A program made the position numbers and the translations under genes. DNA of 64,000 bases, taken from contig OZ244799.1 of NCBI GenBank assembly GCA_965219955.1, positions 4,192,001-4,256,000 on the forward strand, written 5' to 3'. Below, one piece after another: positions 20,605 through 31,106 of the stretch. The stretch comes from a bacterium. GTDB lineage: Bacteria; UBA8248. The notes beneath the pieces are model-generated. The model was not told where the DNA came from and made no database searches. It was given only the letters and a program-made list of their open reading frames with translations. Positions within the stretch are counted from its first letter, which is position 1; the number at the start of each line of letters is the position of its first letter.

Positions 20605-20865
20605 GTAGGGACAGGCCCCCGTGCCTGTCCTGCCCTCCGTGGTTGTCCTTTGTCAGGACGGGCGCGGGGGTAGGGCGACCACAGGGGGTCGCCCCGACGG
20701 GAACATTCCTTTGAGAGATCACAATGCCCGTCATTCCGGCGAAAGCCGGAATCCATTTTTACGCCTTTTGCCTTTCGTCAGGGTTCCTGCGCATCGGCGG
20801 GGAAGGAAACGCCACTGTTCATTCATCCGCATCCGCAAATGGATTCCGGCTTTCGCCGGAATGAC
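20605..20865. repeat. GTAG REP plus GTCATTCCGGCG doublet
   Basis: Copies of families seen elsewhere in the window. Confidence 0.8.
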
Positions 20866-20907
20866 GACAAGACCGAACCGCCCCTACGCGATCCCGGGGC
20901 TCACGCC

Positions 20908-21237
20908 TCAGCGGTCTTTGCGCTTCGTAGGCGCGAAGCGGCGCCGCCAGCTCGCCGTCTGGGAGCGCGTGATGCGGTAGAGCATGAAGCCGCCGGCCGT
21001 CACCGAGACGAGGATGAGCGCGAAGCCTATCGTCATCGTCTTCTGGAACGGCGTGGCGCGCCTGGTTTTCTTGTCCACAGCCTCCCCGGAAGTTTTCTGC
21101 GCGGCGGGAGGCTTCTTCGGCGGGGCGACGTCGGGCAGCCAGACGAAGGGAATCGCCACCATCCCCGCCACGAAGAGGATGGGCAGTATCAGGCGCGTGA
21201 AGTAGAGTCGGAACACGATCCGGCAAACCTCCATCAT
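20908..21237 (-). CDS. Small two-TM membrane protein (start uncertain)
   Basis: Two hydrophobic segments flanking a Pro/Lys-rich linker; GC-rich codon usage. Confidence 0.5.
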   Translation of the reverse strand: MMEVCRIVFRLYFTRLILPILFVAGMVAIPFVWLPDVAPPKKPPAAQKTSGEAVDKKTRRATPFQKTMTIGFALILVSVTAGGFMLYRITRSQTASWRRRFAPTKRKDR

Positions 21238-21370
21238 CGCCACGAAGCGCGTGGCCGGCGCCGGGAGCGTGAGATACGGAAGAAGCGAAACCCCGTCAAA
21301 CTCCCGATTCGGACTATAAAGGGCGAAGGCGCGTGAATCCACCCCTGCGCCGCCCGGCGGCGGCGTACCT

Positions 21371-21820
21371 GGGATTCTTGGAAAACCCTCCTCGCTCGGG
21401 ATTGAGCACCGCCGTCATTCCGGCAATCAATGCCGACCGAGGAGGGAGGGATTGCCCGGAATCCATTTTCAAGCAGAATGACGGTACTCCGGTTTTTCAT
21501 CTCCTCGTCATTGGCGAGAATCAATCAGAAAAAAACAAAAGCAAAACAAATGGATTCCGTCGAACCCTCCCGCATTGGTCGGTTCCGACACCGGAATGAC
21601 GAACAAAGCGGCCTCGGACAGATCGCGACCTGTCCCTACAGACCCTTCTACCTAGCCAATCGGGCGACCACAGGGGGCAGGACAACCACAGAGGGTGTCC
21701 CTACGCATCTCCTGCGTTTTGAATCGAAATCGTAGGGACAGGCCTCCGTGCCTGTCCTGAACGGCCTCCCCGGTCGGCTCCATCCACCGAATCACGAAAT
21801 CAGGACTTTTTCAACAACCC
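21371..21820. repeat. Composite REP/MITE cluster
   Basis: GTCATTCCGG doublet 21414-21600 plus GTAG REPs; about 21595-21820 is an inverted copy of about 40265-40495. Confidence 0.8.
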
Positions 21821-21965
21821 GTCTTTTTCGCCTCATGGGCGCGCGCGGTTTTCGTTTCGCCCTAAATGTGGTGATATGGATTATTCACCTGAAGTAAGCG
21901 AGCGGGAAGTTTTTTAAGCGTTTTCATTTGGTTTTTTACGTTTTAGGCAAGGGAGGCAGGGACGG

Positions 21966-22721
21966 ATGAAACGGCCGAGAATCGGAATCACCTGCGACGT
22001 GGGCAAGCGGAATTTCCCCGAAGAACCCAAGGTGCGCCCGCGCCACGTACTCATGGACGCCTATGTGGAGTCCGTCATCAAGGCGGGCGGCGCGCCCCTG
22101 CTGCTCCCCGCGGTGGAAGACGAGCAGGCGAGCGTCTCCTTGCTGCTCGGCATCGACGGGCTGATCATCTCGGGCGGCGGGCACGACATCGACCCCATGC
22201 TCTACGGCGAGGAGCGCTTGCCCGAGTGCAGCCCCACGAACCCCAAGCGCGAGACGGCGGAGATGGCGGCCTGCCGGGGCGCCATGTCGCGCGACATGCC
22301 CGTGCTCGGCATCTGCGGCGGCATGCAGGTCATCAACATCGCGGCGGGCGGCACGCTCTATCAGGACATCCCCTCCCAGGTGCCGGGCGCGCTCACGCAC
22401 CGGCCAGAGAACACGGACGAGAACACCTACACGTTCCACGAGATAGAGATCGGCGATTCCATCCTGGGCGAGGTGCTGGGCGCTTCGTCGGTGGTGAACA
22501 GCCACCACCACCAGAGCGCGCGCGAGGTGGGGCCGGGCGTACGCGTTTCGGCCAAGACCGAAGACGGGGTCATCGAGGCCATCGAGTCCCCCTCGCACCA
22601 GTTCGTCGTGGGCGTGCAGTGGCATCCCGAATCCATGTCGGCCTACGGCTACGCCGACATGGACGGGGCGGCGCAGCTCTTCTCCCGCTTCGTGGACGAG
22701 GCCCGCATCTATTCGGACTAG
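21966..22721 (+). CDS. Peptidase C26 / gamma-glutamyl-gamma-aminobutyrate hydrolase family
   Basis: PVLGICGGMQ, VNSHHHQ, GVQWHPE class I GATase triad. Confidence 0.92.
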   Translation: MKRPRIGITCDVGKRNFPEEPKVRPRHVLMDAYVESVIKAGGAPLLLPAVEDEQASVSLLLGIDGLIISGGGHDIDPMLYGEERLPECSPTNPKRETAEMAACRGAMSRDMPVLGICGGMQVINIAAGGTLYQDIPSQVPGALTHRPENTDENTYTFHEIEIGDSILGEVLGASSVVNSHHHQSAREVGPGVRVSAKTEDGVIEAIESPSHQFVVGVQWHPESMSAYGYADMDGAAQLFSRFVDEARIYSD

Positions 22722-22769
22722 GGCCGCGTGAGGCCTTCTTTTTTCGCATAAGCCAAAGGAACCCTCCTG

Positions 22770-24995
22770 ATGGACAAGCGACTGGACCCCTACCGCTTCG
22801 ATGTGGGAAGCGCCCGCGTGGAGCCCGAAACCCCCATCGTGGCGGGGGCGTTCTTCACCCGGCGTGTCATCTTCACGGCGGGCAAATACGGGGTGGACGA
22901 GGGCGCGCAGATACTGGTCTGCAAGCGCCTGTCGAGCGACATGGAGATCCCCCAGTTCACCGACCCCGCGGCGTCGGGCTACGTGAGCGTAACGTGTTCG
23001 AACCCCGAGGTGGGCCTCGCGCTCTCCTATCAGGAACAGGGCTATCTCGACGACTGGCGCTCGGGCGTCGCCATACGGGTCGCGAAGGGGTTTTTATGCC
23101 AGGGCGATGAGGTCACGCTCGTCTTGGGCGACCCCGCGGGCGGAGGGCCGGGCATCCGCGCGCAGACGTTTCCCGAGACGCGCCACACCTTCAAGATCGT
23201 GGTGGACACCTTCAACCGCAAGCATTTCTATGAGCTGGAAAACGACCCCGAAATCCGCGTCCTGGGCGGCGCGCCCGAGACCTGGCATCTCGCGTGTCCC
23301 CAGACGCCACCGCGCGGGGAGGCGTTCTCCGCCATCGTGCGCGGCGTGGACAGCTGGGGGAACCCGGCGGAAGAGTTTATCGGCGAGGTCTCGGTCAGCA
23401 AGAGTCTCAGGAGTTGGCGCGAGGAGGATGAGGCGCCGGGCCGGGTGGAATTTTCAGCTGATGACGGCGGCGTGAAGCGCACAGGCGGCGCGCGGCTCAC
23501 GGGCGAGGGGCCTTACCGCCTGCGGCTCGAGGACCCGGCGGGGCTGGTGTCTTTGAGTCCGCCGATTCTGCCGAAAGCCCCCGATGATCCCTATTCCCTC
23601 TTCTGGGGGGACATCCACGGCCAGACGCGCTCCACGGTCGGCACGGGCACGGTGGAGGAATACTTCCGCTTCGCGCGCGACAAGGCGGGTGTCGATATCG
23701 CCGCGTGGCAGGGCAACGATTTCCGCGTCCGCAGGGAAGACTGGGCGGAGGTCGTGCGCGAGTGCAAGGCGTTCAACGAGCCGGGCCGCTTCGTCACGCT
23801 CCTGGGCTACGAGTGGTCGGGTACGCGTTCAGGCGGCGGCGATTACAACATCTACTACGCGGGCGATGCGGGAACCATCCACAGGAGTTCGCACGCCGGA
23901 GTAGACGATCTCTCGGACGTCGATGACGACAGGTTCCCCATCTCGGCGCTCTGGGAGACCTTCCGGGGCCGGACGGACGTGATGAGCGTCGCCCACGTGG
24001 GCGGACGCGCGTGCAACCTCGATTTCTTCGACCCCGAATTCGTCCATCTGGCGGAAATCCATTCCCACCACGGCACCTTCGAGTGGTTCGCCGAGGAAGT
24101 GCTCGCGCGCGGCTTCCGCGTCGGCTTCATCGGCGGGAGCGACGACCACACGGGCCGCCAGGGACTCGTCTACCCCAACCGTCGCTCGAACAACGTCGTC
24201 ACCTTCGACGTGAAGGGCGGCTTGATGGGCCTGTATGCCAGGGAACTCACGCGCGAGGCCGTCTGGGAGGCGATGCGCGCGCGCAGGACCTACGCCACGA
24301 ACGGCGAGCGCATTTACTTGAAGACCGCCTGCGGGGAGGCCCTGATGGGCGAGGAGGTGGAGGCGCAAGGCTCGCCGACCATCAAGGTCGAGGTCCACGG
24401 CACGGCGCCTCTTCTGGACGTGGAACTCAAGCGCGGCGCGGAGACCATCCACCGCCATCCGGTGAGCGCACCGGAAAACAGCGGCCGCGTTCGGCGCATC
24501 CGCGTGCAGTGGAGCGGGGTGACGCAGAAAAGCGGGCGCGACAAGAAGGTCGAGTGGCGCGGCGGCATCGCGCTGGATAGGGGTGCGATGCTCGCGCACA
24601 CGCCCTACGCGCTCGATCAGTACGACGACGCGATCACCCGCGTTTCGAACAAGCTGCTCCGCTTCGCCACCGCCACCTCGGGCGACCCGGACGGCGTGCT
24701 CATCGACGTGGACGCCCCCGGCGACGCGCGGCTTTCCTTCTTCAGCAACGTCAGGAGTTTCGAGATTCCCCTCTCAGACATTTCGGCAGAACCCACCATC
24801 ATCGAGGCCGGCGGCGTGAACATCCGCGTTCTCGTCGCCGAAGCCGCGCCGACCCTCAAGGACTGGAGCGCGCGCTTCCAGTTCACCGACGAGGACGCTT
24901 CCCCCGACGCCGTCAACCCCTACTGGGTGCGCGTCCTGCAAGTCGACGGCGGCCAGGCCTGGTCGAGTCCTGTGTATGTGAACAGGGTGGGGTGA
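22770..24995 (+). CDS. DUF3604 / PHP-like metallo-hydrolase
   Basis: WGDIHGQT, GYEWS, SDDH, RRTYATNG, AWSSPVYV. Confidence 0.75.
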   Translation: MDKRLDPYRFDVGSARVEPETPIVAGAFFTRRVIFTAGKYGVDEGAQILVCKRLSSDMEIPQFTDPAASGYVSVTCSNPEVGLALSYQEQGYLDDWRSGVAIRVAKGFLCQGDEVTLVLGDPAGGGPGIRAQTFPETRHTFKIVVDTFNRKHFYELENDPEIRVLGGAPETWHLACPQTPPRGEAFSAIVRGVDSWGNPAEEFIGEVSVSKSLRSWREEDEAPGRVEFSADDGGVKRTGGARLTGEGPYRLRLEDPAGLVSLSPPILPKAPDDPYSLFWGDIHGQTRSTVGTGTVEEYFRFARDKAGVDIAAWQGNDFRVRREDWAEVVRECKAFNEPGRFVTLLGYEWSGTRSGGGDYNIYYAGDAGTIHRSSHAGVDDLSDVDDDRFPISALWETFRGRTDVMSVAHVGGRACNLDFFDPEFVHLAEIHSHHGTFEWFAEEVLARGFRVGFIGGSDDHTGRQGLVYPNRRSNNVVTFDVKGGLMGLYARELTREAVWEAMRARRTYATNGERIYLKTACGEALMGEEVEAQGSPTIKVEVHGTAPLLDVELKRGAETIHRHPVSAPENSGRVRRIRVQWSGVTQKSGRDKKVEWRGGIALDRGAMLAHTPYALDQYDDAITRVSNKLLRFATATSGDPDGVLIDVDAPGDARLSFFSNVRSFEIPLSDISAEPTIIEAGGVNIRVLVAEAAPTLKDWSARFQFTDEDASPDAVNPYWVRVLQVDGGQAWSSPVYVNRVG

Positions 24996-25066
24996 GGGGG
25001 TGTTTTCAGATTGACGCGCATGTGAAGTCCATTCCAGAAAGTCGATTGACGGAGGTAACGAGTTAG

Positions 25067-25792
25067 ATGGTTGATGATGAATTCAAGATTGTCGAAATCT
25101 TGCGTTGTTTTGAGGAGAGTGCCCAGTCAAGGGTAAAAGCTTTAAACGAAAGACATAACAAAATATGGACGTGGATATGGAAGATGTGGACTGCGCGGGA
25201 AACGATGCTTTTCAGTGCAATTATTTCCTTTTCTATAGTTGTGGGGTTGGCAACGAATGTTTGGTTGCAAGATATTGATTCTCCGGTAGGCATGCTTGTC
25301 TTGTTGCTGGTTGTCGTAGGAATATTTTTTCTAACTGCATCTGTTGGCATGATTGTTCTTGCCAGTTGGACAGCCCCAGGGTTTGAGATTGAAAGAGTGA
25401 GATCGATTGGCCTCACGTATCTTATGACGGGACATCCTCAAGCTGCCATTACAGCTTACGACGAAGTTCTCCGTCTTGACCGGAACCTAGGCGAGGCCAA
25501 CAGAAATCGTGGTCTCGCTGAGGCCATGATGGGTGAATTCGAAGCTGCTGTTGAGGATTTCGATAGAGCGATTTCTAGCTATAGAAACAAGAAACGCTCA
25601 TATAAAGACCTTTGGATGATTCATTGTGTCGAAACCTGCTACATCAGCCGGGGTATATCGAAAGCCGAGTTGGGTTTTGTAGATGAAGCGCGGGAAGATT
25701 TAACGACCGCGCTTGACTTGGCTGGCGATGCCGGTGATGAAAGCCTAATTTCCTTGGCGGAGCAGGAGCTTCAAAAACTCAGCCAAAAATAA
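25067..25792 (+). CDS. Membrane-anchored TPR protein
   Basis: Two TM segments then TPR-like repeats (AITAYDEVLRL, AVEDFDRAI); AT-richer codons. Confidence 0.7.
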   Translation: MVDDEFKIVEILRCFEESAQSRVKALNERHNKIWTWIWKMWTARETMLFSAIISFSIVVGLATNVWLQDIDSPVGMLVLLLVVVGIFFLTASVGMIVLASWTAPGFEIERVRSIGLTYLMTGHPQAAITAYDEVLRLDRNLGEANRNRGLAEAMMGEFEAAVEDFDRAISSYRNKKRSYKDLWMIHCVETCYISRGISKAELGFVDEAREDLTTALDLAGDAGDESLISLAEQELQKLSQK

Positions 25793-25900
25793 TCCAACCA
25801 AAGCCGCATAACAAAATCCGCCCCATCAATACCCCTTTCTCGGCTAGAGCAATCTCTCCCTCTTCGAGAAACCTGACGGCAAGGCGAGTCAACCAAGAAC

Positions 25901-26440
25901 CACTCCCCCCTTGAGGGGATTGTTGAAAAAGTTTGGTCTGCCCCTCTGCAAACCGCCAACGCCTCTTTCCTCACCCTGAGTAGCCGCCGAAGGCGGCGTA
26001 TCGAAGGGCGCGGGGAGTCGAACGCCTCGCGCCGGGCGAGAGGGCATCCTTCGATACGCGGCTCCGCCGCTACTCAGGATGAGGCGGATAGGGGTTTTTC
26101 AACAGCCCCTTGAGGATTTGGCTTCCCGAGGGGAAAGCCAGACGAGGAAGCCGAGCGTTTTGTGCGAAGGCTGACTCGGTGGGGGGTAAAATGCGTTTTA
26201 TCGCCAGTCCGAATTATACCCCCCACCGAATCGCTTTCGGGCATACGCCCTCAGCTCTTCGTCGGTCTTCCCGAGGAGGAAAGACCGACCCTCAAGGGGG
26301 GAGTTAATTTCAAAATAACGTTCGTTGTAGAGATAACCCTTTTGGGGTTGTTCGGCACACTGTTCTGCACATTCAGCCCGTAGGGGCGACCCCCCTTGGT
26401 CGCCCTTTGTCGGACAGGCGCGGGGGCCTGTCCCTACAAA
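25901..26440. mobile_element. MITE 25916-26109 with TTGAG duplication nested in CACTCCCCCC element, then a GTAG REP
   Basis: TTGAG at 25911-15 and 26110-14; TIRs GGGATTGTTGAAAAA / TTTTTCAACAGCCCC. Confidence 0.8.
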
Positions 26441-26581
26441 CCCCATACCCCTACACGGCCGGCAACCTCTCCGCCCTCGGTAGGCTTTGCCCGTAATTCC
26501 TTTTCTCTTTTGACCTCTTGCCTCTGTTCTCCTACACTCCCGCGCGTTTGTTCGTTCATGGTCTATTCAGGAGCGTAATAC

Positions 26582-27637
26582 GTGAAAATAGGCATCATCG
26601 GCCCCGCCGCCGCTGGCAAGACGACGCTGTTCAACGCGCTCACGGGCGGCGCGGCCACTACTGGTGGATACGGCGCGGCGCGGGTGAACATCGGCGCGGC
26701 TGCCGTGGCGGACGCCCGGGTGGACGCCCTGAGCGGCGTCTTCAAGCCGAAAAAGATGACTTATGCGGGCGTCAACTTCGTGGACGCGGGCGTGGGCGAT
26801 GCGGGCGCGGCGAAAAGCGCCGAGGCCATCCCGCAGGCGCTGGAGGGCGCGGACGCGCTCCTGGTGGTGGTGCGCGCCTTCGAGGACGCGGGCGTCCCGC
26901 ATCCCAGGGAGAGCGTCGACCCCGCGCGCGATCTGGCCGACGTGCGCTTCGACCTGATGCTGCGCGACCTCGACGTCGTCGAGCGCCGGGTGGAGCGGCT
27001 GGAGAAGCTGGTGCGCGTCAAGAAAGACCCGGCCGAGGCGGCGGAGTTCGCGCTCCTGGGGCGCATCCGCGAGACGCTCGAAGAGGGCCGCCCCGTTCGC
27101 TCACTTGATATGAGCGAAGAAGAAACGCGCATTATCAAAGGGTTCGGGTTTCTCTCCGCCAAGCCGCTTCTGGTGGTGGTGAACATCGGCGAGGATCAGC
27201 TGGGGGAGGCGGACGCGTTCGCGAAGCTGAACGGGGAGACGCCCGTCGTCCTGGCGGCGCGTCTGGAAGAGGAACTCGCGCAGTTGCCCGCCGATGAGCG
27301 GGCTGCGTTTCTCGCCGATTACGACCTCGAATCCTCGGCGCTCGACAAGGTGGTTCAGGCGTCGTTCGCTCTTCTCGACCTCCGGTGTTTCTTCACCGTG
27401 GGGGAGGACGAGGTGCGCGCCTGGCCGGTGCGCGCGGGCACTGTCGCGCTCCATGCGGCGGGGACGATTCACTCCGATCTGGAGCGCGGCTTCATCCGCG
27501 CGGAGGTGATCTCGTTCCCCGACTTCATGGCGGCGGGTTCGCTCTCAGCGGCGCGGGACAGGGGAACCTTGAGATTGGAAGGCAAGGACTACGTCGTCAA
27601 GGACGGCGACATCTTCCACGTGCGGTTCAACGTGTAA
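26582..27637 (+). CDS. YchF-like ATPase (divergent paralog, DUF933/TGS C-terminus)
   Basis: GKTTLFNALT, FFTVGEDEVRAW, AAGTIHSDLERGFIRAEV, RLEGKDYVVKDGD. Confidence 0.9.
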   Translation: MKIGIIGPAAAGKTTLFNALTGGAATTGGYGAARVNIGAAAVADARVDALSGVFKPKKMTYAGVNFVDAGVGDAGAAKSAEAIPQALEGADALLVVVRAFEDAGVPHPRESVDPARDLADVRFDLMLRDLDVVERRVERLEKLVRVKKDPAEAAEFALLGRIRETLEEGRPVRSLDMSEEETRIIKGFGFLSAKPLLVVVNIGEDQLGEADAFAKLNGETPVVLAARLEEELAQLPADERAAFLADYDLESSALDKVVQASFALLDLRCFFTVGEDEVRAWPVRAGTVALHAAGTIHSDLERGFIRAEVISFPDFMAAGSLSAARDRGTLRLEGKDYVVKDGDIFHVRFNV

Positions 27638-27816
27638 TTTTTCACAAGCGCAAAGCAAGCCACTTGACATCTGCTCCGATTTCCGGTTCAATGAAATAGA
27701 AGTTTGGTTCACCAAATCATTTCCTGGAAGTTCTGTTTCAACGCCTTGTCATCACGTTCTTGACCCGTTTTCTGATGAAGAGCTTTTCTGCCGTTTCAAA
27801 ACGAACAGGAGGGTGG

Positions 27817-28476
27817 ATGATGAAACTCCGAGTGGTGTTGGCTATGTGCTTGCTCGTTTCATTGCTCGCGGTCCCCGCTTCGGCGAAAGAAGCGAAGTTG
27901 GAAGACAAGGGGAATGCGAAACTCGAAGCGCTGCCGAAAAAAGTAGCTCCGAATCCACACCGAATAAGCAAAAGGGTGACCCCCCTCCACGACGCAGTGA
28001 TTTTTAGAAAACTCAAGAGGGCTGAGTTGTTGATTCGCGAGGGCGCAGACGTAAACGCCCGTGATGAATACGGACTGACGCCGCTTCATCTGGCGCTCGA
28101 TAAATTCGGCCCAAAGGGTATCGTGAAAGAAGACGATTTTTGGATGGTCAAGATTCTCGACAAGGCGCGCGCCGATTGGCGGGCTAGAGACAATCAAGGC
28201 AATAGGCCATGCTTCTACGTCGATGAAAAGTATTCGCTTCCAATCGATTACATCAAAGACCCTTGGAGACCGCTACCCGACAACGTGCTCAAACACTACA
28301 AGATGATTTCCTGGACGACCGGTTATCCGGAAGCAAGGTCATCTAAGCGGATATTACTGAAACTATTGACTTGCCGGCGTGGAATCCCCGTTTCTCAATA
28401 TGAGTTGTGGAAAATGTGCCGTGAAGACCATTATTTCCGGAATGCGATAGAAACGGGAATATGCAAATTTATGTAG
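27817..28476 (+). CDS. Secreted ankyrin-repeat protein
   Basis: Signal peptide (..VPASA); TPLHDA, GADVNARDEYGLTPLHLA. Confidence 0.8.
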   Translation: MMKLRVVLAMCLLVSLLAVPASAKEAKLEDKGNAKLEALPKKVAPNPHRISKRVTPLHDAVIFRKLKRAELLIREGADVNARDEYGLTPLHLALDKFGPKGIVKEDDFWMVKILDKARADWRARDNQGNRPCFYVDEKYSLPIDYIKDPWRPLPDNVLKHYKMISWTTGYPEARSSKRILLKLLTCRRGIPVSQYELWKMCREDHYFRNAIETGICKFM

Positions 28477-28570
28477 TTTTGCTGAGCGCCTCGAGGAAGC
28501 CTCATCCCGCTTCGGGGGGAGGCTACGAATTGACGAATTTTCCGTTGACTCACTTTTGGGGGGACTCGAC

Positions 28571-29275
28571 ATGAATATCCGAATCGCAGTCGCAACCATT
28601 TTCATCGTTTTGTCGATCGTGGCGACGCCCGCCTCGGCGAAGAGGGTTACGTGCGATGATTGGAACACAAAGGAATTTTTCCAGAGCGCGTCGATGAGAG
28701 AAGTTTCCCACTGCTTGAAAGCCGGCGCGATGAAGTACCCGCTGAGTTGGGGAATGACGCCTCTGCACAATGCGGGGAGATTCAGCAAGCATCCGGGCGT
28801 GATGACAGCCCTCGTGAAGGCCGGATACAAAATCTATGCTACCAATGGATACGGATTTACGCCCCTCCACATCGTATCGGCATACAATAAAGATCCAAGG
28901 TTTGTGAGAGCCCTTGTGAAAGCAGGAGCCAAAGTCAACGCGCAGCAGGCAATCGGGGGTGACTTTGATTCCGTATATGGGTTGACGCCATTACTCGTGG
29001 CTCTGATTTACGGGAACGAATCAGATGCGGTGATCATCGCTTTGTTAAAGGCCGGTGCGGAGCCGAACGCCCAAGCTCGCGACGGGCAGACCGCTCTTCA
29101 TTTCGCTCTAAAAAAAGGAAGGAGCCTAGCGGTCGTAGAGGCTTTATTGGATGCGGGGGCGCTTCCTAATATGCCGAGTTTGGCGAATATCCCGGCTTGC
29201 TATTACGCGGAAAGGAATCGCAACATAAAGGGGACGGATGTTTACCGGCGGCTGGTAAAGGGTTGTTACCGCTAA
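28571..29275 (+). CDS. Secreted ankyrin-repeat protein
   Basis: Signal peptide (..ATPASA); about four repeats GMTPLH, GFTPLH, GLTPLL, GQTALH. Confidence 0.85.
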   Translation: MNIRIAVATIFIVLSIVATPASAKRVTCDDWNTKEFFQSASMREVSHCLKAGAMKYPLSWGMTPLHNAGRFSKHPGVMTALVKAGYKIYATNGYGFTPLHIVSAYNKDPRFVRALVKAGAKVNAQQAIGGDFDSVYGLTPLLVALIYGNESDAVIIALLKAGAEPNAQARDGQTALHFALKKGRSLAVVEALLDAGALPNMPSLANIPACYYAERNRNIKGTDVYRRLVKGCYR

Positions 29276-29281
29276 GCCGAT

Positions 29282-30388
29282 TCATGAATTCGATCGCTTG
29301 GCTGCGGATATGCCGTCGAGGATTCTCGAGTGCGCTCTTCGGTGCTCCGCACACCCGATAACCTCGAGCATCTCCTTCCGCCAGTTCGGGCGGCAGTAGC
29401 TCTCTTTCAATCTGCGTATCCGGTCCGATGACGCCTCCTCCTGTTCGGGGGGGAGGTGTTCGTCTGCGATTGCGCGCGCAATGTTCTCGACCGCGCGTTC
29501 CTGCGCGTCTTCAGAATGACAGATGAGGGCGATGTCGGCCCCGGCGAGGATGGCGCGCAGGGCCGCCTCTGCCGGGTCTTCTATCGCGCCCATGTCCAGG
29601 TCGTCGGTGACGGCGACGCCCCGGAAACCGAGTTCTCCGCGCAGGATATCTTGAAGAAAGACAGGAGAGAGGCTCGCAGGAGTCGTTTCGTCTATCGCCT
29701 CGAAAACGGCGTGGGCGGCCATGACGCAGGCGGGAGGCGCGCGGCGGATGAGATGCCGGAACGGCTCCAGTTCGCGCTCTCTCAGGTCTTGGAGCGTTAG
29801 GCGTGAGGTCGGCAGTTCCTCGTGTGGGTCGGGGGCCATGTCGCCGATGCCGGGGAAATGCTTGGCGCACGCGGCGACGCCCGTTTCCTGAAGGCCCTGC
29901 GTTGCGGCCTCACCCATTCGGGCGACGACTTGGGATGATTCGCCATACGCGCGATCGCCGATGACGGCGCATTCGGGGTTCGTCAGGATGTCGGCGACGG
30001 GCGCGAAGTTGACGTTTACGCCAACCGCTTCGAGTTCCGCCCCGGTGACCCTTGCCGCTTCCCGCGCGAGGGCGGCGTCGCCCGCGTCGCCGAAGCCCCG
30101 CGCCGCCGGGAAGAGCGTGAAGTCATCGGAGAGCCTGCTCACGCGCCCGCCCTCCTGGTCGATTCCCACGAGGAGCGGAGCTTCGAGCGGGGAGGCGAGG
30201 GCGGCCTCTTGCAAAGAGGCGATGAGCGCGGCGGTCTGCCCGGCGGTTTCGATGTTTCGCCTGAACAGGATGACGCCGCCGATCCTGCCCGCGCGGACGC
30301 GAGCGAGGAGCGAGGCCGGGGGGGCGGTTCCCTCGAAGCCGGCCATGATGCGCTGCCCGGCCCGGACCTCGGGCGCCTGTTCGCTCAT
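29282..30388 (-). CDS. nagZ: Beta-N-acetylhexosaminidase (GH3)
   Basis: GGVILFRRN, IDQEGGRVSR, AKHFPG.G..DPH, TDDLDMGA. Confidence 0.9.
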   Translation of the reverse strand: MSEQAPEVRAGQRIMAGFEGTAPPASLLARVRAGRIGGVILFRRNIETAGQTAALIASLQEAALASPLEAPLLVGIDQEGGRVSRLSDDFTLFPAARGFGDAGDAALAREAARVTGAELEAVGVNVNFAPVADILTNPECAVIGDRAYGESSQVVARMGEAATQGLQETGVAACAKHFPGIGDMAPDPHEELPTSRLTLQDLRERELEPFRHLIRRAPPACVMAAHAVFEAIDETTPASLSPVFLQDILRGELGFRGVAVTDDLDMGAIEDPAEAALRAILAGADIALICHSEDAQERAVENIARAIADEHLPPEQEEASSDRIRRLKESYCRPNWRKEMLEVIGCAEHRRAHSRILDGISAAKRSNS

Positions 30389-30395
30389 GCGCGCC

Positions 30396-31088
30396 CTAGC
30401 CTTCGCGCATCCGCGTGATGACGAACGACTCCGCTACCGGGAAACCCGCCGCGCGGCCTGCGTCTTCGAGCCGCTGGCGCGTGCGCTTCTCGAACGCTTC
30501 GGGGTTCTTGATCTGGCACTTGTGCGCGCACACCGCGCGGACTTTCGTGTCGAACGTGTCGGTGATGTCCACGAAGAAATTCGGCTCGCGCGTGTTCAGG
30601 AACAAGAGGTTCTTCGTGTGGTGCGCGCCGATGCCTGCGTAGGTGAGTTCGGGGAGGAAGTGGTGGTCCCGCGCATAGACCACCGCCTTGAACGTGGCGT
30701 GGCCGATGGCCTGGTGGTCGGGGTGCTGGTAGTAGGTGCGCCAGGGGTCGTGGGTGAGGATGGTGTCCGGCTTCAAGTGGCGGATCAGGAAGGCGATCTG
30801 GTTCCTGAAAGCGCGCGTGTCCTCGAGCTCCCCGTCGCGGTGGCGCAGGAACAGCGTCTCCTTGACGCCCAGGATGCGGGAGGCTTCGAGCTGTTCCGCC
30901 TCGCGAATCCTGGCGAGGTCGAAGGGGCTGATGTCGTCCTTCGTGCCCTTGTCCCCGTTCGTGCAGACGACCGTCCGCACGGCGGCGCCCTCCCGCGTCC
31001 AGCGGGCGATGCTGCCCCCCGCGGACAGTTCCGCGTCGTCGGGGTGGGCGACGACGACGAGTATGTTTCTGAACTCTTCTTGACTCAC
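30396..31088 (-). CDS. PIG-L family deacetylase (BshB/MshB-like)
   Basis: AHPDDAE and HPDH metal-binding motifs. Confidence 0.9.
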   Translation of the reverse strand: MSQEEFRNILVVVAHPDDAELSAGGSIARWTREGAAVRTVVCTNGDKGTKDDISPFDLARIREAEQLEASRILGVKETLFLRHRDGELEDTRAFRNQIAFLIRHLKPDTILTHDPWRTYYQHPDHQAIGHATFKAVVYARDHHFLPELTYAGIGAHHTKNLLFLNTREPNFFVDITDTFDTKVRAVCAHKCQIKNPEAFEKRTRQRLEDAGRAAGFPVAESFVITRMREG

Positions 31089-31106
31089 TGGCGTTTCCTT
31101 CCGTGT

